19,588 bases of DNA, from assembly GCA_043718025.1 (NCBI GenBank), contig JAYSWN010000190.1, forward strand, positions 1 through 19,588, read 5' to 3'. Origin of the DNA: Pseudomonadota bacterium. Lineage in GTDB: Bacteria > Bdellovibrionota > FAC87 > UBA2466. Under the pieces are notes generated by a model, which searched no databases, was not told where the DNA came from, and worked only from the letters and a program-made list of their open reading frames with translations. A program made the translations under genes and the position numbers. Below, in pieces: positions 7,889 to 16,076 of this stretch. The number at the start of each line of letters is the position of its first letter. Within the stretch, counting starts at the first letter, position 1.

Positions 7889-8686
7889 GTGCAAAATAGT
7901 TTAGAAGTTCATGGCCACCGCGGATCGCGCGCCACGCATCCTGAAAATACGATGGCGGCATTCGAGGAGGCTTACCTCGCGGGGGCCGATGCGTTTGAAC
8001 TCGATACGCAATGGACCGCCGATGGGGTTGCGATTGTGTTTCACGACTTTGATGTTTCAAGCCGAAGCTGTCTGAAGAAGGGGACAGCGCCGAACCGTCC
8101 GATTAAGATCATAGACCACAATTGGAACGAAATTGAAGTTTGGGATGTGGGAAGCGTGGCTCAACCCAAGTATCCAAAGCAAATACTGTCGTTTCAAAAG
8201 ATTCTCACCTTAGACTCGCTATTATCGTGGGTAGCCAAAAAACCGTCGCCGTTCTATGTAAATATTGAAATGAAAGTGGCGCCTGAGTGGTCAGACGCGC
8301 TGGTGGAGAGTTACACCGCGAATGTTTTGGGGCTGGTGAAAAAACATGGCCTTGAACGCCGCTGTTTGTTAATGAGTTTCGATTTTCGCCCCCTTCGTTT
8401 CATTAAACAAAACTTAGCGTCGCTCAAAAGTTCTTGTCTATTTGAACGGGCCGAAAACTTTGTGGCGGTGGCGATTGCGAACGGGGTTGGCCAGATTGGA
8501 CCACATTTTTCTTTGCTGAGCGAGGCCCTGGTAACCCAAGCCCACCTAGCCGGCCTCCGGGTAATACCTTGGACCGTGAACGAAGCGGCCGATTGGGCGC
8601 GTCTTAAAAACTGGGGTGTCGATGGTCTCATCACCGATCACCCCAGAGATTTGGTCGCTTTTTTAGGCCGCAAAGGGCGCGATTAG
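7889..8686 (+). CDS. ugpQ: Glycerophosphodiester phosphodiesterase (GDPD, UgpQ/GlpQ family), cytoplasmic
   Basis: HRG, PENT, ELD, FHD, NIEMK, PWTVN and GVDGLITD motifs. No signal peptide. Starts 4 nt after ugpB. Confidence 0.88.
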   Translation: MQNSLEVHGHRGSRATHPENTMAAFEEAYLAGADAFELDTQWTADGVAIVFHDFDVSSRSCLKKGTAPNRPIKIIDHNWNEIEVWDVGSVAQPKYPKQILSFQKILTLDSLLSWVAKKPSPFYVNIEMKVAPEWSDALVESYTANVLGLVKKHGLERRCLLMSFDFRPLRFIKQNLASLKSSCLFERAENFVAVAIANGVGQIGPHFSLLSEALVTQAHLAGLRVIPWTVNEAADWARLKNWGVDGLITDHPRDLVAFLGRKGRD

Positions 8687-8710
8687 TTTTATCGTCGCTT
8701 GTCGCTTGGA

Positions 8711-8983
8711 TTATTTACTAACCGGAGCCGACTCAGGCTGAACCGGTTTCTGTTCCCCTTTGCTGTGCTTGTGCTTACGGCGGCCATTTTTTTTGACCGG
8801 TTTTTCCATTTTGGATTCCGACTTAGTCTCTGACTTGAGCGGCTCAACCGGAGCCGCCTCTACGTTACTGGGGGGTGCCGCCGCCGTTACCGGTTCGTTT
8901 CCGAACACGGGGCCGGCCAGAAATAGGCCCATTACTAGGGTCCAAACGGCTTTAGTGAGCACGGTATTTGAGATGTTTTTCAC
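8711..8983 (-). CDS. Small secreted low-complexity protein (90 aa; Pro/Ala/Glu/Lys-rich with a basic His patch)
   Basis: AGGAGG RBS (8996-8991) lies 7 nt before GTG 8983 (MKNISNT...). Hydrophobic signal ending PVFG, then a disordered region containing KKNGRRKHKHSK. Confidence 0.72.
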   Translation of the reverse strand: MKNISNTVLTKAVWTLVMGLFLAGPVFGNEPVTAAAPPSNVEAAPVEPLKSETKSESKMEKPVKKNGRRKHKHSKGEQKPVQPESAPVSK

Positions 8984-9055
8984 TTCAGATCCTCCTGTTT
9001 TTGCCGGTTTTGGCAGGGCAACCGCCCCACCATCACCCTGCATAAGGTTATGAAA

Positions 9056-9102
9056 TGCAACCCCGCGACCACAAATAAAATCCTTTATATTTAAACACTT
9101 AG
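9056..9102 (-). promoter_or_regulatory. Putative sigma54 (-24/-12) promoter with upstream IHF-like AT-rich site
   Basis: Minus-strand TGGTCGCGGGGTTGCA (9071-9056) has exact GG-N10-GC spacing. TAAGTGTTTAAAT (9101-9089) resembles the IHF consensus with mismatches. Confidence 0.5.
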
Positions 9103-9257
9103 ATTATCTCGGCGGACCGAGTGGGACTTTTTGCCCAGGCTTCACCGCTGGCCTAATTATCAAGGTGGTGCCAAAACGCCCCATTTCTCCTTTCCTTATT
9201 GAATGCAATGCGTTATAACTACGCATCCCTTTCAACTTCTCGACAACACAAAGACTT

Positions 9258-9929
9258 ATGGCAAAACGACTTACGTCATTCCGTTTGTGGATTTGGATTG
9301 CCCTGGTGACCTCGTGCCTAAGCCCCATCACGGCTTTCGGTAGTTGCGAGGGTTTAAACAAACGCTGGGCCATCACCTACCAACACGCCTTTGGGGTTGA
9401 AGTGAAACGACGCATTTTTGAATGCGACGACACCCAAAAGGATTTTGTAATCGCGCAGGCGATTGACGATCTCTACCAAGCCGACGAACAGCACAATTTT
9501 TATGTAACCGCGCGGCGTCTAATTCATTCAGTAGAAATTGCACCCGCCGCCGCAGCGTGTGAAGACCGTGTTGCCGCTTACATGGGCGGCGACCACAATA
9601 AACTGACGTTGTGCGAGCCGTTCTTTAAGTTGAACCGCGTACGCCGATCGGCAATTCTGTTTCATGAAGCGTCGCACGGGCGCGCTAAAGATCCCGGCCA
9701 CGTCATTTGTGAAGCCGGTGAGGCCAAAGGCAAAAAGACTTGCGATGCTACACTCTCGGATGGTTACGACGGCAGCGGCCACAACTGGGAAGCTCATTTG
9801 GTTCGCTACCTCCTGCAAAATAGCCCCGACGAAGAAATTAAAAATCTGGCGCGCAGCCACATGAAATTTCTTTTAAATGACCGCATCAACGGCTTAAGCG
9901 AAACCGCCAAAACAAACTGGCTCAATTAG
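9258..9929 (+). CDS. Secreted HEXXH zinc metallopeptidase-like protein
   Basis: Signal peptide (..SPITAFG), LTLCEPFF...AILFHEASH, a downstream His/Asp-containing segment and several Cys. Confidence 0.65.
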   Translation: MAKRLTSFRLWIWIALVTSCLSPITAFGSCEGLNKRWAITYQHAFGVEVKRRIFECDDTQKDFVIAQAIDDLYQADEQHNFYVTARRLIHSVEIAPAAAACEDRVAAYMGGDHNKLTLCEPFFKLNRVRRSAILFHEASHGRAKDPGHVICEAGEAKGKKTCDATLSDGYDGSGHNWEAHLVRYLLQNSPDEEIKNLARSHMKFLLNDRINGLSETAKTNWLN

Positions 9930-10013
9930 CCGCGTTACACTCTTACCTTCCCTTGATATAAAAATAATCACCCATGCCAACGGCCGCACTGGCCCCATTT
10001 GGAGACGTAATCA

Positions 10014-10646
10014 GTGGATAAGATTATTTGTCTTGGAAAAAACTATCTCGAACACGCTAAAGAACTTGGCGACGCCGTGCCCGAAAAACCCGTGCTTTTT
10101 TTAAAGCCACCCAGCGTGCTACGCGCAGTGGAATCGGTAGGAGCCACTCTGGTGGCGACCCTGCCGCCAAATGGCCGTCAGGGAAGTTGCCATCACGAAT
10201 GCGAAATCGTGGTTAAAATTAAAAATGGCGGCTATCAGATTCCCCTTTCTCAAGCGGGTGAACAAATTGCGGCGGTAACATTGGGGCTAGACATGACCCT
10301 GCGCGACCTGCAGTCGCAGCTAAAGAAGAATGGCCACCCGTGGGAGATCTCCAAGGTATTTCCTGATTCGGCAATCATCGGCCCCTGGCAGCCGCCCGTT
10401 CTGTTTTCCGATTACGAAACTCGCCAGTTTCAATTTGAACTTAACGGTAAGCGAAAACAGCAGGCCGCAGCAAAGGATATGTCGATGAAAATTGCCGAAG
10501 CTATCGCTCACGCCAGCCAGTTTTTCACCCTCTGTCCCGGCGACTTACTGTTCACGGGAACTCCCGCCGGAGTGGGTTCGGTACAGGCTGGCGATCGCGC
10601 CCGCCTTAGTTGGGGCGAGATCCATTATGAGGTTGTGTGGCAATGA
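10014..10646 (+). CDS. Fumarylacetoacetate hydrolase family protein (FAHD1/YcgM-like)
   Basis: KIICLGKNYLEHAKEL, FLKPPS, HHECE, LDMTLRDLQ, WEISK and PGDLLFTGTPAGVG. GGAG RBS upstream. Confidence 0.92.
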   Translation: MDKIICLGKNYLEHAKELGDAVPEKPVLFLKPPSVLRAVESVGATLVATLPPNGRQGSCHHECEIVVKIKNGGYQIPLSQAGEQIAAVTLGLDMTLRDLQSQLKKNGHPWEISKVFPDSAIIGPWQPPVLFSDYETRQFQFELNGKRKQQAAAKDMSMKIAEAIAHASQFFTLCPGDLLFTGTPAGVGSVQAGDRARLSWGEIHYEVVWQ

Positions 10647-12061
10647 GCTCGCCATTTCAAAAGCTGATAAGTGAATTGGCGCGCGCCGCCGCCATTCGGC
10701 TGCCTAAAGAAATTGTGGAACGGGATCCAAACGAAATGCAGTCCTATTCCTCCGATTGGACCAAGCTTGCCGGCCAAGCCGGAATCGTTTTTTTGCCGCG
10801 AACCACCGCCGAAGTGAGCGCCGTTTTAAAGCTTTGTCATGAATTGAAGGCACCGATTGTACCCTCGGGTGGAAGAACGGGATTGGCGGGCGGAGCGGTG
10901 CCCATAAACGGAGAGGCCGTTTTGAATTTATCGCGTATGAACTCAATGGAGCCCGTAGACACCCTAGGGCTTAGCGTTCGCGTGCAGGCGGGTGCCGTCA
11001 CTCAACAGGTGCACGATCACTGCAAAAGATCAGGGTTGATCTGGCCAATTGATTTAGCGGCGAAAGGCAGCTCGCAAATCGGCGGAAACCTCTCTACCAA
11101 TGCCGGCGGCTTGCGCGTCATTCGTTACGGCATGGCACGAAAGTGGGTAACCGGGCTGCAAATTGTAACCATGAGCGGCGACATCATTGAATTGAATCGC
11201 GGCCTTGAAAAAAACAACACCGGATTTGATTTGGTGCAACTAATAGTCGGAAGTGAAGGTTCGCTTGCGGTCGTTACCGAGGCCACCTTAAAGCTGACGC
11301 GGGTGGAGACGGAAACCAGAGTATTTTTATTGGGCCTAAATTCCTTAAAGGCTGCAGAGTCCTTTTTCGAAAAGGCACGCTGCGGTCCATTTCAAATGCT
11401 GGCGCTTGAATTTCTCTCCAATGCCTGCGCTCAAGTGGTGAGAGAGCAGCTCGGATACGACCTTAAATTTTCTGCCCAGTCAGCGTACTACTTAGTCTTG
11501 GAGGTTGAAGCCTTGCCCGGCCTGCCATTGGAGGCACCGTTGGTGGAATGGCTCGAAACCGTATTAGCCTCGGGCTTACTCACCGATGGCCTGATGGCGC
11601 AGTCAAAGCGGGAGGCCAGCGAGTGCTGGAAGCTGCGCGAGGGCATTACCGAAAGCCTGCAGAAAAAAACCAAAATTAAAAAATTCGACGTCGCCGTTGC
11701 CCCCCATCGCATGGCGGAGTTTCTGGCGGAGGTTGAAAAATGGTACGCATCACAAACTGTTTGCTTTGATCTCTATGTGTTTGGCCATTGGGGTGACGGC
11801 AGCCCCCATTTGAATGTCGGCAAAAAACACACCGCCTCGGATAGCAATTTTCAGAAAGATTACGAGATCTTCGAGAAATGGGTTTTCGCAGCCCTACTGC
11901 GTTTTCACGGCAGCGTTTCGGCCGAGCACGGGGTGGGCGTGCTCAAAAAACATTGGCTGTTGCTTAGCCGAACTCCCGAAGAGATTCGAATTTTTAAGGC
12001 GATAAAAAGGGCCTTCGACCCCCATGGCCTTTTGAACCCCGGTAAGGTTATTGATCTCTGA
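10643..12061 (+). CDS. FAD-linked oxidoreductase (D-2-hydroxyglutarate/D-lactate dehydrogenase, GlcD/VAO family)
   Basis: PSGGRTGLAGGA, IGGNLSTNAGG, GSEGSLAVVT, GHWGDGSPHLN, SAEHGVG and LNPGK. ATG at 10643 overlaps the FAH stop (ATGA). Confidence 0.9.
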   Translation: MSSPFQKLISELARAAAIRLPKEIVERDPNEMQSYSSDWTKLAGQAGIVFLPRTTAEVSAVLKLCHELKAPIVPSGGRTGLAGGAVPINGEAVLNLSRMNSMEPVDTLGLSVRVQAGAVTQQVHDHCKRSGLIWPIDLAAKGSSQIGGNLSTNAGGLRVIRYGMARKWVTGLQIVTMSGDIIELNRGLEKNNTGFDLVQLIVGSEGSLAVVTEATLKLTRVETETRVFLLGLNSLKAAESFFEKARCGPFQMLALEFLSNACAQVVREQLGYDLKFSAQSAYYLVLEVEALPGLPLEAPLVEWLETVLASGLLTDGLMAQSKREASECWKLREGITESLQKKTKIKKFDVAVAPHRMAEFLAEVEKWYASQTVCFDLYVFGHWGDGSPHLNVGKKHTASDSNFQKDYEIFEKWVFAALLRFHGSVSAEHGVGVLKKHWLLLSRTPEEIRIFKAIKRAFDPHGLLNPGKVIDL

Positions 12062-12098
12062 GTTGTCAATATCGTGATCGAGTAATATGGTAGGACCC

Positions 12099-12461
12099 AT
12101 GAAATTTGTAATCTTTTCTTTGGCCCTGTTGCTAACCTGCGTGGCGTTGCGCGCCGAAACCCGCGAGATCGTCATTGAAACCAAGAAAATTGGTGAAAAG
12201 GTACATTGGAGTCCCGAGAAGATCGAAGTGTTGCCCGGCGAAAAAATAAAAATCGTCGCCAAGCATGATCTCGAAGGTGGTTTTGATTTTCATGGCCTGT
12301 TCATTCCCGAGATAAAAGTGGCCGAAAAAGTGGACCGTCACAAGCCCATGACCAAAGAGGTCACCATTCCCAAGGACATGAAGCCTGGCGAGTATAAAGT
12401 GGGCTGCCATTTTCATTCGGCGCACGTACCGGCCACGCTTGTCGTCAAAGCAGCTAAGTAA
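12099..12461 (+). CDS. Periplasmic cupredoxin-domain protein (nitrosocyanin-like)
   Basis: AGGA RBS before ATG 12099, signal peptide ending ALRA, WSPEKIEVLPGEKIKI beta pattern, FHGLFI and C-terminal PGEYKVGCHFHSAH. Confidence 0.8.
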   Translation: MKFVIFSLALLLTCVALRAETREIVIETKKIGEKVHWSPEKIEVLPGEKIKIVAKHDLEGGFDFHGLFIPEIKVAEKVDRHKPMTKEVTIPKDMKPGEYKVGCHFHSAHVPATLVVKAAK

Positions 12462-12466
12462 AACGC

Positions 12467-13228
12467 TTGCGCCAAGCCATTGAGAAATTACTTCAAGACC
12501 TTTTCCTCTCCCCTCTGGGTTGGGCCCTATTGTGCTTTCTTACCACGTGGTTTTTACTTCAGACCAACAAGGCCAAGGCTGCAAAACGCTTTTTAATTGC
12601 CGGCGTCGTCTCATTGCTTCTCTTTTCTTCGACGGCAATCTCTGACCTCTTGGGCATTAGGCTAGAAAGAGAATTTGCGGTTCGCGCGTTTCAGGATTAC
12701 CCGACGGCGCAGGCCATCGTTGTGCTTGGCGGCAGCGCCAGCGGCATTTTGCCGCCACGGCTCGAAGTAGAAGAGAATTATGGCGCCCGGGTTTTAGGTG
12801 CAGCTCGCCTGTACCGCGCCAAAAAGGCCCCTTTGATTTTAGTGTCGGGAGGAGATCCTTACCGAGACACTCAGGGTGAGGCGCGAAATCAGGCGATCGA
12901 TTTACGCGATCTGCTAATGGAGTACGGTGTCCCCAAGGCGGCGATTGTCCTCGAAGAAGAGGCAAAAAACACTTTTGAAAATGCCGTATTCAGCCAAAAA
13001 CTGTTAGCACGGCAGGGAATAAAAGAAATTTTATTGGTTACCAGCGCTTACCATATTGTGCGCGCCACCAGACTCTATGAGCGCGTGGGCCTCAAAGTAA
13101 TTCCGGTGCCCACCTCACATGAACAAGTGGGCGACCCGCACTATTTTGGTTGGATACCTAAAGCGTCAAACTTAGAAAAATCGACGCGCTTCTTAAAAGA
13201 ATACTTTGGCCGAGCAATCGGCCGTTGA
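12467..13228 (+). CDS. YdcF/DUF218 (ElyC/SanA-like) envelope protein
   Basis: Two N-terminal hydrophobic helices, AIVVLGG, ILVSGG, KNTFENA, LLVTSAYHIVRA and LKEYFG. TTG start. Confidence 0.88.
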   Translation: MRQAIEKLLQDLFLSPLGWALLCFLTTWFLLQTNKAKAAKRFLIAGVVSLLLFSSTAISDLLGIRLEREFAVRAFQDYPTAQAIVVLGGSASGILPPRLEVEENYGARVLGAARLYRAKKAPLILVSGGDPYRDTQGEARNQAIDLRDLLMEYGVPKAAIVLEEEAKNTFENAVFSQKLLARQGIKEILLVTSAYHIVRATRLYERVGLKVIPVPTSHEQVGDPHYFGWIPKASNLEKSTRFLKEYFGRAIGR

Positions 13229-13234
13229 ATAAGA

Positions 13235-14704
13235 CTAACGAATAATCTTTACCTTCATTCCCTTAGTCTCGACCGTGAACACATGAAAGTCTCCAGTAAG
13301 TGAGACTTCATATTCGCCTGCTTCTACCCCTTGAGTGCGCCAACCCAGGGCCATCTTCGGAGCTACATTAGGAGTGCTCTTCACGATCATTTCGCCAGTT
13401 TTCAAATTTCTCGCCTTGAAGACAATATTCTTAAACGGAACCGGTGAAGAGACCGCATCAAACTCAAGCACCACCGCTTTTTTAAGCTCCTGCCCTTCTT
13501 TCAAGTTGGTAAATTTAAGATCGGCCGTCTTTGGGGTGCCATTCAAGATCGAGATGGTGCGCGGCTGACTCGTAATGGTCTTGCCTTGAACCATTGCCGA
13601 TGCCACTACGGTGTAAACTCCGTCTTCATATTTTGAGGTTTCAAACACAAAACTGCGATTGCCCAGCGGGATCGGAAAGAAAAATCCGCCACCCTGTTTT
13701 TGAATTAACACATCGACCCCCGGATTTCCGGGCAGGTTAGTTTCGGTTTTGATCACGAAGTTACCGGCTAGCACTTCCCGGTCACGCAAATTGCCCAGCG
13801 TGACAAAACCTTCCATCATCCCGACATTAATTCCCCAGGTCTGAGTGCCGATTCCCGAAGTGTCGTCCCAGCTAACCTTGGCGTACCCTTTGTCGCCCCA
13901 ATCTTCGCCCCAGCTATTACGAATGATCCAAACTCTTTCTGCGTCGCTAAAGCCCACGATCATCACGGCGTGGCCACCGGCCATGTCGCCAGTCGTGTGC
14001 GTATAAATTCCTGATTTGTAGAAAAAGAAGTCGTCGTAAACCATCATCGTCGTGACCACCGGCCCGCGTTGAAGAGCGTTCTTTACGGCGTCTTTGGACC
14101 CAAATAACCAAGTGGGCGTCGTGTAATCGGCAATCTTCAAAGTACGTTTCTCGGAATCAGCGCAGGAATGAGCGCACGCCATGTTTTCACCCTTGGCCCC
14201 CGACAGGTACGGAAAACAAGCTTCGTCGGGCACTCCTTTCGATTGTAGAAACGTGAGCGCATCTCCAGGTCGCCAGCCCTGCTCGCAGGTGCCTCCCCCG
14301 CAAGTAAAAAGGTGCTGAGAAGAGTAGGCCCAGGGTGAGCCGGGGGTATGCCGCGCAATATTCATTTGCGTTTCTAACGCACCAATGACGGCAAAGGCCA
14401 CGCAGCTGCCACAGCGACCTTGGTTGAGCACGGGCGATACGAAATTGGTTCCGGCGTAATTACGCCAATCGAGCGCCGTGCGGGACTTGGGGTCGGGCGC
14501 CGCTTCATCGCGATTAAAAAAGGAGTCACCAAAACCAGGGGGTAAGGTGGCGCCGAGTAGCTTTTTGCGCTCGGCACCGTCGAGTTCAGTAACCCAGCTT
14601 TCTCCCGCAGTCCACGTGGCGCCTCGTATTTCGTTAACGGTTAAAGATTTCGCACTTAGATTCAGCGCGAAAGAAAGCAGAAACAACATCGCGACTCTGG
14701 CCAT
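13235..14704 (-). CDS. Secreted papain-family (C1A) cysteine peptidase with C-terminal beta-rich domains
   Basis: Signal peptide, DWRN, NQGRCGSCVAF (catalytic Cys), GGHAV (His), IIRNSWGEDWGDKGY (Asn). AAGGAG RBS upstream. Confidence 0.92.
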   Translation of the reverse strand: MARVAMLFLLSFALNLSAKSLTVNEIRGATWTAGESWVTELDGAERKKLLGATLPPGFGDSFFNRDEAAPDPKSRTALDWRNYAGTNFVSPVLNQGRCGSCVAFAVIGALETQMNIARHTPGSPWAYSSQHLFTCGGGTCEQGWRPGDALTFLQSKGVPDEACFPYLSGAKGENMACAHSCADSEKRTLKIADYTTPTWLFGSKDAVKNALQRGPVVTTMMVYDDFFFYKSGIYTHTTGDMAGGHAVMIVGFSDAERVWIIRNSWGEDWGDKGYAKVSWDDTSGIGTQTWGINVGMMEGFVTLGNLRDREVLAGNFVIKTETNLPGNPGVDVLIQKQGGGFFFPIPLGNRSFVFETSKYEDGVYTVVASAMVQGKTITSQPRTISILNGTPKTADLKFTNLKEGQELKKAVVLEFDAVSSPVPFKNIVFKARNLKTGEMIVKSTPNVAPKMALGWRTQGVEAGEYEVSLTGDFHVFTVETKGMKVKIIR

Positions 14705-14772
14705 GATTTGCTCCTTATCAAGATTAGGTTAGCAAATACTAACGTAGTCGCGAGCATTCGTCACAATATGGG

Positions 14773-15687
14773 TTATTGGTAGCCCCAGTAAAAATCAGCC
14801 ACCCGTTTTCCGGTGTGATCCAGAAGCACGTAGCCGTCGCGAAGCTGAGCCTGCATGCGAAGGACAATGGTGGAGTTCGCAGAATTATCAAAATCGCCGG
14901 CGTCTAAGAAATAGAGCGAGGATCCAAGGTAACTCACCTCGCCTTTCTCGGTGACGAAAAAAACTTCGTCGTGATTCTGACCGTTGAGATCTTTTACCTT
15001 TAGCGTGGCGATTCTGGAATGGTTGCGTCGTGAGGAGGCAAAGTCACCCCAAGTCACTTGCGCGTCTTTAAACCTATAGTTCTTAGCGCCGCCGCCATTT
15101 GCCGTTCCCATTTCATTTTCGGGGCGTTCAATCCAGGTAGTCTTAGCCAACTCTTCTCGTAGTTTAGCGATAAGTGGCTCACGTTTCTGGCCATTCGGTT
15201 CGTCTTTGCGCCAGTAGTCTAAATCATCGCAGCGCCCGCTGGTGGTGGAAACAAGCGGCCTAACTTCGCTCTTTTCTTCGCGCCAACCCGCGAATTTATT
15301 TCCTTCGAGGTCAGTGGTGGGGATTTTTACTTGGGGGGGAATCACTTGTGAGCCGATCAGGCTCGCCACGCTAATTCCTGGTGCATTTATGCTTTCAAAA
15401 GAGGCCATTCTCTTGCCTTGGTAACAGGCGCTCCAAATACCGCGGGCTGGAAATACCGACGGCGCTTCACTTAAGTCTCGTAGCCGGGGGTAAGATTCCC
15501 ACGTCAGAATGTGTTTGCGAAACATGACCCGCAAATGAACTTTGTAGTTTTTGGTACCTACGAAAACGCGCGTATTAGCGTCACGCTCGCGCAGTTCTTC
15601 TAGCACGCCGATGGATATCACCGGCGGCTCGGCGCTAGCGAGGCGTACCAGTAAGGTGAAAAGGAACAGGGAGAGGGTTAGTTTCAC
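14773..15687 (-). CDS. Secreted hypothetical protein
   Basis: 304-aa ORF with signal peptide (..RLASA). A single FG-GAP/VCBS-like motif LDAGDFDNSANSTIV lies near the C-terminus. Confidence 0.7.
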   Translation of the reverse strand: MKLTLSLFLFTLLVRLASAEPPVISIGVLEELRERDANTRVFVGTKNYKVHLRVMFRKHILTWESYPRLRDLSEAPSVFPARGIWSACYQGKRMASFESINAPGISVASLIGSQVIPPQVKIPTTDLEGNKFAGWREEKSEVRPLVSTTSGRCDDLDYWRKDEPNGQKREPLIAKLREELAKTTWIERPENEMGTANGGGAKNYRFKDAQVTWGDFASSRRNHSRIATLKVKDLNGQNHDEVFFVTEKGEVSYLGSSLYFLDAGDFDNSANSTIVLRMQAQLRDGYVLLDHTGKRVADFYWGYQ

Positions 15688-15716
15688 CCGCTAAGAATAA
15701 CACGAGCCGGTGGCGG

Positions 15717-16076
15717 CTAAAGCGAGTCGTATTTTGCCATGCTGCCCCGGGCCTTTTCTACCGGGTACTTAGCCTTATTCTGTTCCATTTTTTCGAAGAA
15801 GGCGGTTTCCACGTCAATTCCGAGCCGGTCGCTGAGGCGAAGCAAATAGTAGAGTACATCGGAAACCTCATCCCGTATTTTTTTCGCCTGTTTGCCATCG
15901 GACATAATGGCGTTGGACTGCGCCTCGGTGAGCCATTGAAAAATTTCGGCAAGCTCTGATGCCTCGACGCTTAACGCCATCGCCAAGTTCTTTGGGGTGT
16001 GAAACTGATCCCAATCACGCTCTTTGGAGAATTGCCGCTGAAGCTCGTAGATTTTGGTTAGGTTCAAAGTGGTCAT
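15717..16076 (-). CDS. MazG-like nucleotide pyrophosphohydrolase (DCTPP1/RS21-C6 type)
   Basis: ERDWDQFHTPKNLAMALSVEASELAEIFQW, DEVSDVLYYL and KYPVEKARG. Confidence 0.92.
   Translation of the reverse strand: MTTLNLTKIYELQRQFSKERDWDQFHTPKNLAMALSVEASELAEIFQWLTEAQSNAIMSDGKQAKKIRDEVSDVLYYLLRLSDRLGIDVETAFFEKMEQNKAKYPVEKARGSMAKYDSL

Noticed and set aside
8694..8707. Tandem GTCGCTT x2 between convergent genes
   Set aside because: Two copies of a 7-mer is compatible with chance, and it does not form a terminator hairpin.
9158..9173. Second sigma54-like motif TGGCACCACCTTGATA on the minus strand
   Set aside because: Spacing is one base short and the -12 GC is absent.
9104..9376. 90-aa minus-strand ORF
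   Set aside because: Overlaps the HEXXH gene antisense and the regulatory region, with no recognisable motif.
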